Counted from the stretch's first letter, positions 20,931-31,309 are shown. The stretch: 64,000 nt of DNA from Candidatus Latescibacterota bacterium (GCA_965248265.1 CBDFJF010000002.1:832001-896000), one strand, 5' to 3'. The notes: generated by a model from the letters alone, not told the origin. Translations and numbers: made by a program.

Positions 20931-21140
20931 ATGGCACGTGAAACCGGAACCGTAAAATGGTTCAATGATGCCAAGGGTTTTGGATTCATCGAGCGTGGCG
21001 ACGGTGGCGACGTGTTCGTCCACTTCAGCGCCATTCAGGGCGAGGGCTTCAAGACGCTGACCGAGGGTCAGCAGGTCGAATTCGACGTCGTCGAAGGGCA
21101 GAAGGGTCCTGCCGCCGAGAACGTTTCGGCACCTGCGTAG
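20931..21140 (+). CDS. Cold-shock protein (CspA family)
   Basis: [15 protein letters not shown] (RNP1), DVFVHFSAI (RNP2), [10 protein letters not shown]; 69 aa. Confidence 0.97.
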   Translation: MARETGTVKWFNDAKGFGFIERGDGGDVFVHFSAIQGEGFKTLTEGQQVEFDVVEGQKGPAAENVSAPA

Positions 21141-21166
21141 ATCGATCCGAAGTAAAGCTGTAACTG

Positions 21167-21198
21167 GGCGATGTGTGGAAACGCACATCGCCTTTTTT
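21167..21198 (+). terminator. Rho-independent terminator after the csp gene
   Basis: GGCGATGTG...CACATCGCC stem followed by TTTTTT. Confidence 0.9.
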
Positions 21199-21651
21199 GT
21201 TCTGGATTGCGGTGGGTGGCTCGGTCTGCACTGCGCTGGGTGGCCTATGTTCGGGCCCCGGAGCCTGCGGCACATCCAAGCAACTCGGGGCCATCACTCA
21301 ACCTGACAGCTGAGGGGGGATCGACCGCAGGGGATCTCAACTCAAGAGATCCGCGTAGACTTTGCGTGTTTGAGTAGCCGGATGGCAAGTGATGATGGAG
21401 GCCAGAACGGTCACCGTCCATCACGGCAGATGGCATGGCACCGGGGAAGCATCTATCGCGGTGCGTGGGACAAAGAGCTGGCGTGTGAAGGAATTGACAC
21501 ACCACTGTAGGCTGGCAGATACACTCATGGAGCAGCCGCGCAGGAGGGGCCAGATGGAGGGCAAGTGTGGACCGTTGCTTGCTCACCAGCAGGCACGCCA
21601 GCCCAAAACACGCTCTCGACAACACAATCCGCCCCATCTAAACTAGCGATA

Positions 21652-23025
21652 ATGTGCGTTATTTTTCCTATCCGTCCTCAAACGCAAAGGCACTGCTGGC
21701 AACGGCTGTTCGACCCGGTCGACTGCTCGTCGCTGGTGGTTTTCCGGATTCTGTTCGGCGCCATCATGGTCTGGGAGGTCTGCCGCTACTTCAGCAAGGA
21801 CTGGATCCGCAAATACTACATAGCTCCAGATTTCCATTTCAAGTACTACGGTTTCTCCTGGGTAGAGGCATGGTCCGGAGACGGCATGTATTGGCAATTC
21901 GCCGCGCTGGGCGTGCTGGCGCTGCTGCTGACCGTCGGCTTTCTGTACCGGGCTACTGCGGTCCTGTTTTTTCTCGCGTTCACGTACGTGTTCCTCCTCG
22001 ACCAGACGCGCTATCTCAACCATTTCTACCTGACCAGTCTCCTGTTGTTCCTGCTCGCGATCATACCCGCTCATCGGGGTGTGTCCGTGGACGCTCGTTT
22101 GTGGTCCGGACTGCGCGGGCAAACCGTTCCGCGCTGGTCGGTCTGGCTGCTGCGCTTTCAGATCGGTCTCGTCTACTCCTACGCGGCGGTGGCCAAGATG
22201 AACCCGGACTGGCTCCGTGGCGAGCCGATGGGGATGTGGCTGGCCGAGCGCTCGGACTACCCGATCCTCGGAGAGCTGTTCGTTCACGAATGGGCCGGTT
22301 ACGTGGCAGCTTACAGCAGCCTGGCGTTCGACTTGATGATCACACCGCTCATGCTCATGCGCAGAACAAGGCTCATCGGCTTCGTGTGGGCTGTGTCCTT
22401 CCATTTGATGAACGTCTGGCTGTTCTCGATCGGGATTTTCCCGTGGATGGCGATCGTCGCCACCACCGTGTTCTTCGAACCCGGCTGGCCGCGCCGGATC
22501 ATCCCATGGCTCTCGCGGGCTGAACGGCCCGAATCCGCGCCACGGCAGGCCACCCCGCGCCTGCGCGAGACTGCGATCAAAAGTTTCCTCGCATTGTGGG
22601 TCGCACTTCAGACCCTGGTGCCCCTGCGGCATTTTCTGTACCCCGGCAACGTCAATTGGACCGAAGAGGGCCATCGTTTTGCGTGGCACATGAAGCTGCG
22701 AGACAAAAGTTCGCGAATAGAGCTCACTGCGACGGATTCCGCCACCGGCAAGGATTGGAAAATCGACCTAAGTGAGTACCTGACGCGAAAACAGAAATCA
22801 AAGATGTCCAGGCGTCCGGATATGGTCGTCCAGATCGCCAAGCACATCGCTGCGGATTACGAAGAGCAGGGAGTGGCGGATATAGGGATAACGAGCCGAG
22901 TCATGGTCTCACTCAACGGACGTCGGCGGCAGCTGCTCATCGACCCCGAGGTCGACCTGACGAAAGTCGAGCGCTCACTCGCTCACAAGAAATGGCTGGT
23001 GCCCCTCACGGAGCCGTTGCGGTAG
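21652..23025 (+). CDS. HTTM-domain / vitamin K-dependent gamma-carboxylase-like membrane protein
   Basis: SLVVFRILFG, FHFKYYGFSWV, YLNHFYL, YAAVAKMNPDWLRGEP, WTEEGHRFAWHMKLRDK, SLNGR...LIDP; start uncertain. Confidence 0.88.
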   Translation: MCVIFPIRPQTQRHCWQRLFDPVDCSSLVVFRILFGAIMVWEVCRYFSKDWIRKYYIAPDFHFKYYGFSWVEAWSGDGMYWQFAALGVLALLLTVGFLYRATAVLFFLAFTYVFLLDQTRYLNHFYLTSLLLFLLAIIPAHRGVSVDARLWSGLRGQTVPRWSVWLLRFQIGLVYSYAAVAKMNPDWLRGEPMGMWLAERSDYPILGELFVHEWAGYVAAYSSLAFDLMITPLMLMRRTRLIGFVWAVSFHLMNVWLFSIGIFPWMAIVATTVFFEPGWPRRIIPWLSRAERPESAPRQATPRLRETAIKSFLALWVALQTLVPLRHFLYPGNVNWTEEGHRFAWHMKLRDKSSRIELTATDSATGKDWKIDLSEYLTRKQKSKMSRRPDMVVQIAKHIAADYEEQGVADIGITSRVMVSLNGRRRQLLIDPEVDLTKVERSLAHKKWLVPLTEPLR

Positions 23026-23239
23026 TTTCTACGTTGCTGCCTAGCCTGGACACAGGAGAATTCCACACACACATGCCAAGGCCAGTGTCCATACCCGGGA
23101 TGACGACTGTCTGCTCGATCTGGCCCTGCAACAGTGGAACTCAAGCACTCGCATCAACGACGACAGAATTTCCCATCGTGCCAAGCATCAGGAGTTTTGA
23201 GATACCGGTGCCGTTCCAGACTGGGAATCTACAACCAGC

Positions 23240-23776
23240 ATGAGTGACTTCGCAGTCTCTCAGATTCTGGCAGCGATCGCCTTCATGCTCGGGCTGGCGT
23301 CGGTCCAGTTCAAGACGCGGCGGGCCATACTTCTGTGTCTCGTTGTCTCCGCTGTATTCAACAGCGCCCACTTCTTTGTCCTGCATCGGCCCGGGCCGGG
23401 GGCGCTGCTGCTGTTGACCGGGATGCGTCAATTCGTGGCCGTCCGCACCATCGACCGCAGGGTTCTCCTGTTTTTTCTCGTCGCTACAGCTGCCGCTTTT
23501 CTTTCCACCTTCGAAACACGACTCAGCTTCGTGGCGCTTTGCGGTACCCTGTTGGGGACGTTCGGCTCCTTCCAGCCGGCGGGGCGAAAAGTCAGGCTGT
23601 TCTTCATGGGGGGTGGCGTCGCCTGGCTGATTCACAACATTCTGGCGTGGACGCCCGTGGGGATCGTCATGGAGGCGTCGCTGCTGGCCAGCAGCATGGT
23701 GGGGTACTGGCGTCATGAACGCGGCGGGCAGAGCGGTCAGAAGGTCGGTGGATCCAACGTCATTCAAGGTGATTGA
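23240..23776 (+). CDS. YgjV-family inner membrane protein
   Basis: SQILAAIAF...SVQFKTRR, HFFVL, WLIHNIL; multi-pass hydrophobic. Confidence 0.75.
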   Translation: MSDFAVSQILAAIAFMLGLASVQFKTRRAILLCLVVSAVFNSAHFFVLHRPGPGALLLLTGMRQFVAVRTIDRRVLLFFLVATAAAFLSTFETRLSFVALCGTLLGTFGSFQPAGRKVRLFFMGGGVAWLIHNILAWTPVGIVMEASLLASSMVGYWRHERGGQSGQKVGGSNVIQGD

Positions 23777-23799
23777 TTAAGAGACCGCAGGGCAACGAT

Positions 23800-24144
23800 A
23801 TGAGACTGACGGCAGAGCAGCTCAACCATTTTGAGACATTCGGCTTTCTGATTTTCCGACAGCTGCTCACAGGAGAGGAGATGGCGCTCTACGGCCGCGA
23901 GTTCGACACGGCACTTGATTCTTGGACGGACGAAGGCCAGCACGATCGCAAGAAGCGGCATTACGCTTCGCTGATGGAGCAGGAGTCGCCGTTCATCGCC
24001 TCCCAGGCCGATGACTCGCGCTTCGGTGACGTCGCCGAGCACCGCCCGCTGACGCGTGAGGGAAAATCAGCTCCAGCTCGACACAAAGTCGGCGGCCTCG
24101 ACAGGTTCCAGTACATCCTCGAAGAAGTACTACATCGGACCTGA
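23800..24144 (+). pseudogene. Truncated phytanoyl-CoA dioxygenase (PhyH)-like gene
   Basis: Typical start MRLTAEQLNHFETFGFLIFRQLL; recognisable similarity ends after about 80 aa, before any HxD motif. Confidence 0.65.
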
Positions 24145-24453
24145 CTGGTACCCGGGAATGAAATACTCCTCCGTGTGCAACAACCGGGCGTCGATGATAG
24201 CTTGTCGTGGCTAGGAGGTGGCCACGCTAGTCACTGACGGCATTAATTCGTGAGTCCTGAGGTGTCCTGGCTGGAACAACCGTGCCACGCAGAATTCCGG
24301 GCATTGGTCTTCCAATGCGATGGGCGCCAATGGTGGTCACGCAGTCAAAGGAGCCGGGCGTCGAACACCTGGAGATTAACTGGGAAGGAGAATCCGATCA
24401 CCCTTTATCGAGCAGGTCGGTGCATCGGGAGTGGACCGACCTGCAGGTTTTCC

Positions 24454-25896
24454 TCAACTCAAGAGGTCCGCGTACACCTTGCGGCCCTCGGCGAACAAAT
24501 GAAGGACCTCTTCCCGCTGTTCGTCCTTGGTGAAGCGGGCGTAGGCTTTGATCTGCACGTGGGCGTCGTCGATGGCTTGCTGGAAGAAGATGGCGGCCTC
24601 CTTAGCTGCGGATGGAGGCATGCCCGAGCCGATGTAGACGGGGCTGGTGTGGGCGTAGACGGGTTGGTCGAAGCTGTCACGGGACTCGCCGTAGGCGCGG
24701 GCGGCCAGCCAGCCGTCTCGCTCTGAGGGGATGTCTATTTCCAACGTGCCCTTGCGTTGTTCGGTCTGCTCTGATAGCACCCTGCTGTGAACGACCTGGC
24801 CGTCGGCGACTACCTCAATTCGATTCAGCGGGTAGTGGGAGGTCCACTCTACTTTAGTGGACAGCCGGCCTGATGATGGCGCGGCATTCAGCGTGCTGCC
24901 CGGTGCCTGGCCTTCCACTTCGAACAGCAGTGCTGGGCCGTTGGTGATGAAAGTTCTGCCGGCCTGCAAACCACGTAGCCAACTCTCGTAGTTGAAGGAT
25001 TCCCCCGTCTGCACGTAGACCCGGTTGTTGGAGCAGATGAACCAGTCCGACCCTGTCGAAGCGGGCAAATGGATGCCGCAGTTGAGTAATAGGTACCAGG
25101 TGTCGTACTCCTTCTCTTTCCAGCAGGGGTCGAACAGATTGAAGGCGTCGAGCTTTCCGAGAGCGGCGGCAACCGGTACTTCCATGCCGCGCCCATTGTG
25201 GCACCATATCACCACGCCTCCCTGGGTGCGGGCGTCGTCGCAGGCGTAGCACAGGGGTGGGTAGTCGGGATCGAAGGCGCTGATGAGATCGCCACGGCTC
25301 ACCGGTTCGACCAGGTTTCTCAGATTCAGCAGCATGACGTGTCCGTAGCCGCCGCCGTGGCTGGAATTGTGGCGGGTCTCCTCGCCGCATATCACCTGCC
25401 GGTGGTCGGTGGAGAAGTCGGTCATGAAGCCGACGGGGTACTTGTTGCTGGCGTAGGGGATTTCGCCGCGTTGAAGTACGCTGATGGCGGTGACGCTCAA
25501 GTCGTGAACGGCCGGGTCGAGTTGCAGGCGCAGGTCCGGGTTTGCCTCCAATTCGTTGTAATGGATGTGGGTGTTGCCGGGGTACCACTGGCGTGAGGGT
25601 AGATCAATCCAGCGCTCGAGGAGCATCTCGACTTCGATTGTGCCTTTGGCGGGCATGGAAACGACGCGTCGCAAGGGGCGGTACTCGGTGCCGCGCTCGG
25701 CGATGACATCGGTGGAGCCGCGTTGGGCGTTTAGGCTGAATTCACCAGGGCAATAGAAGAACGGCATGCCGGGACCGACCTTGCAGACGCTGTCGGCGGG
25801 TTGCAGAAAGCGCCCGCCGGAGCTCAGCACGTGCACCTTGGCTTCGATGGGAGCGCCTGAGACGGCGTCGCGGATGGTGACCTTCAGCGTAGCCAT
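24454..25896 (-). CDS. CehA/McbA-family (PHP-like) metallohydrolase
   Basis: ERGTEY, WYPGNTHIH, GEETRH, WCH, WYLLLNCG...STGSD, RVYV, GRTFITNGP, AHTSPVY. Confidence 0.85.
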   Translation of the reverse strand: MATLKVTIRDAVSGAPIEAKVHVLSSGGRFLQPADSVCKVGPGMPFFYCPGEFSLNAQRGSTDVIAERGTEYRPLRRVVSMPAKGTIEVEMLLERWIDLPSRQWYPGNTHIHYNELEANPDLRLQLDPAVHDLSVTAISVLQRGEIPYASNKYPVGFMTDFSTDHRQVICGEETRHNSSHGGGYGHVMLLNLRNLVEPVSRGDLISAFDPDYPPLCYACDDARTQGGVVIWCHNGRGMEVPVAAALGKLDAFNLFDPCWKEKEYDTWYLLLNCGIHLPASTGSDWFICSNNRVYVQTGESFNYESWLRGLQAGRTFITNGPALLFEVEGQAPGSTLNAAPSSGRLSTKVEWTSHYPLNRIEVVADGQVVHSRVLSEQTEQRKGTLEIDIPSERDGWLAARAYGESRDSFDQPVYAHTSPVYIGSGMPPSAAKEAAIFFQQAIDDAHVQIKAYARFTKDEQREEVLHLFAEGRKVYADLLS

Positions 25897-25927
25897 ATGC
25901 TACTCCTGTCCTGGTGACTGCTCGATC

Positions 25928-25968
25928 ATCAATCGGCTGTCGCGCTCTTGTCGATGCAGACGCTGCTA
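25928..25968 (-). pseudogene. Remnant of the 5' end of a VapC/PIN toxin gene
   Basis: Immediately after the antitoxin stop: SVCIDKSA, then with a 1-nt shift SRLM, resembling the PIN start xxxDTxAYSxL. Confidence 0.45.
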
Positions 25969-26217
25969 ACGCCACAGCTCCTGGTCTATGTGCTCAAAAA
26001 TCCGGGTGTGTTCGTCGAACTCATCGGATTCCTGCGCACTCCACGTGCCAGCGATCGCTGAAAGATCGCGCTTCTTCTGATCTAAGCGGTCGAGCCCTAC
26101 CGTTTGCTTTAACAGCCTGATCACCGTCTTGTTCATGCTCTCTCCCGCCAAACTGGCACGCGACTCGATTCCCTGCTGAAGATCATCGGGATTCGAGCAA
26201 ATCGTCATCTGCCTCAT
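25966..26217 (-). CDS. FitA/VapB-like ribbon-helix-helix antitoxin
   Basis: MRQMTI...RASLAGESMNKTVIRLL, DLSAIAGTWS...EFD...FEHIDQELWR. Confidence 0.7.
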   Translation of the reverse strand: MRQMTICSNPDDLQQGIESRASLAGESMNKTVIRLLKQTVGLDRLDQKKRDLSAIAGTWSAQESDEFDEHTRIFEHIDQELWR

Positions 26218-26426
26218 CTTGTGTCTTCAAAGTGCACGCAAACGTGCTGTCGTTCAATATACCAACACTCACTCGTTAGTAATGCCGTCCTCGCCGGATT
26301 CCAGAAAAGGAGGCGAATGAGTGCGGGCTGCCATTGCACTGGCAGCGACATGGTTGATGTTTAAGGGCTGTTTTCCGTTTCCGCTCATGACAGCTACTCA
26401 ACCAACATCGAAGGGCATGAATCACT

Positions 26427-27620
26427 ATGGCACAGGTCAGCATCATCCGTCACAATCCGATCGCGATTTTTTCCAATCCCACCGAGGTCATCGTTAAGGA
26501 TGACCACAATAACGTCTTCCGCCTGGTGGAGCCGAGTGGCAATGTCGGCACCCAGTACCCCGCTGAGGTTGGTTCTGAATGGTTTGGCACGATCGAGAAT
26601 CTGAACGCAGGCCTGGAAGCGTGCGGCCTGAACTGGTCCGACGTCTACAAGACCGACGTCATGTGGACGACTCCCTCCAGCGATTTTGACGAGTGTGACG
26701 AGCGCAAGAACGCCTTCAACGCGGTGTACGGGGCGATGATCAGAGCGGCTACGGTTGGACCGATGGGTTCCAATCGCATGGCGCGGTTCACCCATCCTGA
26801 GGGATTCCCCGATCCCAGAGCGTTGTTCGAGGTGCAGATCAAGGCGATCAGGGGCGCCAATGTGACGTTTTCGGGGGGGACCATCGACTATGGCTACTGG
26901 GTCGATCACCAACCCGGCGGCAAGACCGTCATGCATAAGAAAGGGGACGAGTTGATCGACACTCTGGGTGGAGACCTCACTGAGGAGACGAGGTTCGTTC
27001 TGGAGCAGCAGTTTGAGCAGCAGTTCGCTGAAAACGGCGTCGACATGAGGAAGCAGACCGCCTGGATTGAAATACTCGTTGCCGCCGATCTCGCTCCCGA
27101 CAAGATCTGGGAGAACATCGAGACTGTTCGAGCATTGACCTCAGAATTCTACGGGGATCATCCCCCAGCCGGGATCATCTATCCGGTTTCTCGCCTGCCC
27201 AATCTGCGGGGATATATCGAGATCCAACCGCGCATGGTATCTGGGGACATCGAGATCGTGCGTTCAGGTGAGCAAGCGGATGGGTTCAGCACCTGGACAG
27301 CCCTCAAGTACGGTGGCGTTACTGAGGTAATGCTGAGTGCGGTTGGCGGGGATGACGCCAGCAAGATTTTGAGCACCCTCGACGCCCGCATCGTGGAAGC
27401 GGGCGGCACCGGTCTCAAGGAAGATGCCATCTTCAACAACGCCTACATCAGCGCCGGCGACGATTCAACAGCAAATCGGGCGTGGATTCAGGAGTTCAAC
27501 GGTTCGTTCAGCGCCTACTACGAGGGCACGGCGCCCGCCGGGCGCACGGCGCAGTTCGTCGGGGGTGTGCAGCAGCCTGACCACAAGTCGGGTATCTCCA
27601 GCAGGGCCATTTTCGCCTAG
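26427..27620 (+). CDS. Protein of three tandem Rid (YjgF/RidA)-like domains
   Basis: Three ~130 aa units with Rid-like C-termini: MARFTH..FPDPRALFEVQIKA; FYGDHPPAGIIYPVSRLP..GYIEIQ; YYEGTAPAGRTAQFVGG. Confidence 0.6.
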   Translation: MAQVSIIRHNPIAIFSNPTEVIVKDDHNNVFRLVEPSGNVGTQYPAEVGSEWFGTIENLNAGLEACGLNWSDVYKTDVMWTTPSSDFDECDERKNAFNAVYGAMIRAATVGPMGSNRMARFTHPEGFPDPRALFEVQIKAIRGANVTFSGGTIDYGYWVDHQPGGKTVMHKKGDELIDTLGGDLTEETRFVLEQQFEQQFAENGVDMRKQTAWIEILVAADLAPDKIWENIETVRALTSEFYGDHPPAGIIYPVSRLPNLRGYIEIQPRMVSGDIEIVRSGEQADGFSTWTALKYGGVTEVMLSAVGGDDASKILSTLDARIVEAGGTGLKEDAIFNNAYISAGDDSTANRAWIQEFNGSFSAYYEGTAPAGRTAQFVGGVQQPDHKSGISSRAIFA

Positions 27621-27636
27621 TACAGACGGTTTACCG

Positions 27637-27665
27637 CCTACCCGTCTGTCCCGCAGGCGGGTAGG
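27637..27665 (+). terminator. GC-rich stem-loop after the Rid gene (no U-tract)
   Basis: CCTACCCGTCTG / CAGGCGGGTAGG 12-bp stem with one G-U pair, 5-nt loop. Confidence 0.55.
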
Positions 27666-27755
27666 TACACGGCGCTTCAGCCCGTAGTTATTCCCCGGAA
27701 TACACTGGCTTCTATTCCAGAAGCACCTATACCCACTGTTGACTATCCGTACCAA

Positions 27756-27898
27756 ATTGGCAACTGTTACTAGCACATGTTGCTGAATCCAGGTGTGCGA
27801 GGCAAAGACCCCGACACCCGGATAAAACTTCAAGTCTTGTAATTTCAATAGATTAGGAAAAAACTCTGGCGAATTTCAGCATCCGGCATTCCACTTGC
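27756..27898 (+). promoter_or_regulatory. Sigma54 promoter 1 with upstream activator motif and IHF-like site
   Basis: GG-N10-GC (CGGCATTCCACTTGC, GG at 27885); GTTACTAGC-ACAT-GTTGCTGAA at 27766 and ATTGGCAAC at 27756; TTTCAATAGATTA at 27843. Confidence 0.75.
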
Positions 27899-27974
27899 CT
27901 TAGTTTCTTCTGCAGGTGACGCATATGGATTGAGTGCGTCACCTTCTCCAGTCTCACCCTAACACAGAGACATC

Positions 27975-29333
27975 ATGACTGCAAACACCAGCCTCAACGT
28001 GTTACTCGTCGATGACGAGGACATCATTCACCAGACCATCGGCGACTACCTTCACGATCTGGGGCATACCGTCGACAGTGTCCATGACGGCTCCTCAGGT
28101 GTGAAATCGCTGACCGACCAGGAGTACGACCTGGCGCTCGTCGACATCCGCATGCCGGGAATGGATGGGCTCTCGCTGCTCTCTCGGGTGCGCGAGGTCC
28201 GTCCGGAGCTTTTGATCGTCATCATAACCGGTCACGGCGATATGGAAACGGCCATTCACGCGCTGCGTCTGGGAGCGGCTGATTTCCTGCCGAAGCCGAT
28301 AAAGCTACTCGATCTGGATGCCGTGCTGGAAAAGGCGAAGCGTCTCCGGGAGCTGCATACGGAAAGCTCGCAACTGCGAGAAAAAATTCGCGGCTTGCAG
28401 GAAGTCAATGAGCAAAAGGCCAAACTCCGCTTCGTCGGAGAGAGCCAGGCAGTAAGCGAGATTCGAACGCAGATAAAACATGCGGTAGAGGGAGCAGCAG
28501 AAACCGTGCTGGTAACTGGTGAGACGGGCGTTGGCAAGGAACTCGTCGCCAAGGAGATCCACTCTCAATCTCAGGATGCTGACGGTCCGTTGATCGCCGT
28601 CAACTGTGCCGCCATGACCGAATCACTCGTGGAAAGCGAGCTCTTCGGTCACACCAAGGGGGCTTTCACCGGGGCCACGAATGACCGCGCCGGGTACTTC
28701 GAGCTCGCCGACGGCGGAACCCTGTTCCTGGACGAGATCGGTGACCTGTCGCCCTCGGCGCAGGCAAAGATGCTGCGGGTGCTCGAGACGCGCAGTGTGC
28801 GTCGGGTCGGTGGTACTTCGGAGATCAGCGTGAAGGTGCGAGTCGTGGCCGCCACCAACGCGTCGCTGGAAGAGCGGGTGGCGGCGGGAGATTTCCGTCA
28901 GGATCTGTTTTACCGCCTGAACATGTTCACCATTCACGTTCCTCCACTGCGCGACCGGCGTGCCGACATCGAACTGCTGGCACAACACTTTCTGTCCGAC
29001 TACGCCACCCGGAACGGTTTCATCTGTCCTGGATTCGAGGCCTCGGCTGAAGAGGCAATGATGGCCTACGACTATCCGGGCAACGCCCGTGAGTTGCGCA
29101 ATCTGGTCGAGCGTGCGGCCATTCTCGCGCGGGGCGAGTTGATCCGGGCCGAGCATCTGAACCTATCCTCGCCCGGACAGGCACCTACGCAGAGGACTGC
29201 GCCAGAGGGTGAAGAGGCCAAGATTACGTGGGCTCTGGAGGAGACCAAGTGGAATCGCCGCGCTGCTGCCCAGCTGCTGGGGATGCCGTATTCGACATTG
29301 CGCTACAAGATTCAGCGATTGAGGATCGGCTGA
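27975..29333 (+). CDS. Sigma54-dependent response regulator (NtrC/AtoC family: REC-AAA+-Fis HTH)
   Basis: LLVDDE, DIRMPG, GETGVGKE, ESELFGHTKGAFTGA, LFLDEIG, FRQDLFYRL, PGNAREL, C-terminal HTH. Confidence 0.96.
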   Translation: MTANTSLNVLLVDDEDIIHQTIGDYLHDLGHTVDSVHDGSSGVKSLTDQEYDLALVDIRMPGMDGLSLLSRVREVRPELLIVIITGHGDMETAIHALRLGAADFLPKPIKLLDLDAVLEKAKRLRELHTESSQLREKIRGLQEVNEQKAKLRFVGESQAVSEIRTQIKHAVEGAAETVLVTGETGVGKELVAKEIHSQSQDADGPLIAVNCAAMTESLVESELFGHTKGAFTGATNDRAGYFELADGGTLFLDEIGDLSPSAQAKMLRVLETRSVRRVGGTSEISVKVRVVAATNASLEERVAAGDFRQDLFYRLNMFTIHVPPLRDRRADIELLAQHFLSDYATRNGFICPGFEASAEEAMMAYDYPGNARELRNLVERAAILARGELIRAEHLNLSSPGQAPTQRTAPEGEEAKITWALEETKWNRRAAAQLLGMPYSTLRYKIQRLRIG

Positions 29334-29335
29334 TC

Positions 29336-31096
29336 GTGAGTTCCGTCGAAAGCCAGGACCACGACTCTACCGCCGAGGGTGCGGTCGGCACCCTTCAGAT
29401 GGTCGCTCTGGCGTTGAGTTCAGCCGCAGACCTGCCAGGCGCCCTGGTAGAAATCAAGGAAGCCATCGGCAGGGCGGGATTCGCGCCCAGTCGACTTCAC
29501 GTCGATGTCATGGACGAGGACACGAAGCGGTTCGAAAGCTATCCAATCATTGTTGAAGAGAGTCGTTGGCACGACGACCCCATAAACGAGGTGATCAAGT
29601 CCGAGACCCACGGCGACCAGCGACCCCGGCGTTGGGCAATCCAGCAATTGCACGGCTCGTACACATCGATTGCAGTGCCGACCACGCATGGTGTTGCGAC
29701 GGCAGTTGTGCCTGGTCGCGATTCCGTGGGTACCGACTTCGAGGATTTTCTGGGCGCCGCGTCACCGTGGTTGCAGTTGATCGCGATGCGGGCACGTGAC
29801 TGGCAGCGCCAGGAGGACGCCACGCAGGCGTTGGAGCGAGGCGTCGACGAACGCACGGCGGAGCTCTATGAGGCATTGATGATGGTCAGGAAGGAAGTGG
29901 AGGAGCGGCGGATCGCTCAACGGGAACGGAGCAGGGCGCAACAGTTTCTCGAGCACGTCATCCGGTCGAGTCCAGCCGTCGTCTATAGCTGTAAAACAGA
30001 GCGCGGCTTTCCGATGACCTTTGTCAGCGACAACGTCGCGATGTTGAGCGGCTTCACGCCTCAGGAGATCATCGACGATCCCGGGCTATGGCTGAGTCTG
30101 GTCCATCCTGACGACGTGGCCAGACTCATCGACGAAACCTCCGATTTTCTTGAAACCGGCAGCCTGGTATGCGAGTACCGGCTGCGTCACAAGGACGGCA
30201 GCACGAGGTGGATCCACGATGAAATGAGGTTGATTCGCACTCGCGGTCCCCGGCCCGAAATCATGGGCTCGTGGCTCGACATTTCCGAACGCGTGCAGTC
30301 GGAGGCGGCCCGGCGCCAGGTGGAACAAGAACTGGAGTCCCAGCGGGCACAGCACATGCGCTCGGATCGATTGCGTTCGCTGGGTGAGATGGCGGCTGGT
30401 ATCGCCCACGAGCTCAACCAACCTCTCGTTGGGGTCCGTGGCAAGGCCGAACACATAATTCTGGGCTTGGAGCGGGGATGGGATTTGAGTCCGCAGACGC
30501 TGAAAGATCGTGTCACCGGAATCGTCGAGCAGGCCGATCGCATGGAGCATATCATCGAACATGTGCGCATGTTCGCCCGCGAAGCCGGCAACCCCAAGAT
30601 GTCCCGCGTGCAGCTGAACGACGTCGTGAACTCGGCGATCGAGCTGCTGGGCGCGCAATTTCGATCACACGGCGTGGATCTGGCGACGGAACTGGCATCG
30701 GATCTTCCGTTGGTGATGGCGAATCCTTTTTCACTCGAAGAGGTGCTGCTCAATCTGCTGGCGAATGCGCGCGACGCCGTCGAGGAGGCCTATCCAGGCG
30801 CTGGCACGAACGAGGGAAAGGTCAGTATCAAGACCGGTGTGCGCGAAGGCGAGACGCGGCGGCGTGTTAGCATCGAGCTAACCGACAACGGCAACGGAGT
30901 ATCACGCGATCATCTCGAACGCGTGTTCGAACCCTTTTACACGACGAAGGATCCAGACAAAGGAACTGGACTGGGTCTGTCCGTTTCGAGGTCGATCGTG
31001 GAACAGTTGGACGGGCGCATCTGGATGGAGTCCGCTCCCGGAAATGGAACGAAAGTCAGCATCGTGTTCCCGGTTGCTGAGGATACCGGGTCCTGA
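29336..31096 (+). CDS. Cytoplasmic PAS-domain sensor histidine kinase
   Basis: PAS (VHPDD...[11 protein letters not shown]), H-box [27 protein letters not shown]; GTG start. Confidence 0.92.
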   Translation: MSSVESQDHDSTAEGAVGTLQMVALALSSAADLPGALVEIKEAIGRAGFAPSRLHVDVMDEDTKRFESYPIIVEESRWHDDPINEVIKSETHGDQRPRRWAIQQLHGSYTSIAVPTTHGVATAVVPGRDSVGTDFEDFLGAASPWLQLIAMRARDWQRQEDATQALERGVDERTAELYEALMMVRKEVEERRIAQRERSRAQQFLEHVIRSSPAVVYSCKTERGFPMTFVSDNVAMLSGFTPQEIIDDPGLWLSLVHPDDVARLIDETSDFLETGSLVCEYRLRHKDGSTRWIHDEMRLIRTRGPRPEIMGSWLDISERVQSEAARRQVEQELESQRAQHMRSDRLRSLGEMAAGIAHELNQPLVGVRGKAEHIILGLERGWDLSPQTLKDRVTGIVEQADRMEHIIEHVRMFAREAGNPKMSRVQLNDVVNSAIELLGAQFRSHGVDLATELASDLPLVMANPFSLEEVLLNLLANARDAVEEAYPGAGTNEGKVSIKTGVREGETRRRVSIELTDNGNGVSRDHLERVFEPFYTTKDPDKGTGLGLSVSRSIVEQLDGRIWMESAPGNGTKVSIVFPVAEDTGS

Positions 31097-31309
31097 TCAA
31101 GGTCGTCGACAGCGGTGCGGGTATTCCAGATGACACAGCCTCAAAGGTCTTCGATCCCCTCTTCACGACGAAGGATCCCGACAAGGGAACGGGCCTCGGC
31201 TTGGCCTCGAAATCGACTGTAGAAGAATTCGGCGGTACCCTGTCCCTGGAAACCTCCGTCTGGTAACGGAACCACCATTACCGTGGCATTGCCGGTCCTT
31301 CAGGACTGA
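31093..31309 (+). pseudogene. Orphan HATPase_c remnant of a further histidine kinase
   Basis: [12 protein letters not shown]...[30 protein letters not shown], then a frameshift to [10 protein letters not shown]. Confidence 0.8.

Noticed and set aside
21200-21640. Short ORFs or an ncRNA between csp and the HTTM gene, including a possible carboxylase substrate peptide
   Set aside because: No convincing RBS, Glu-rich peptide, coding signature or recognisable RNA structure.
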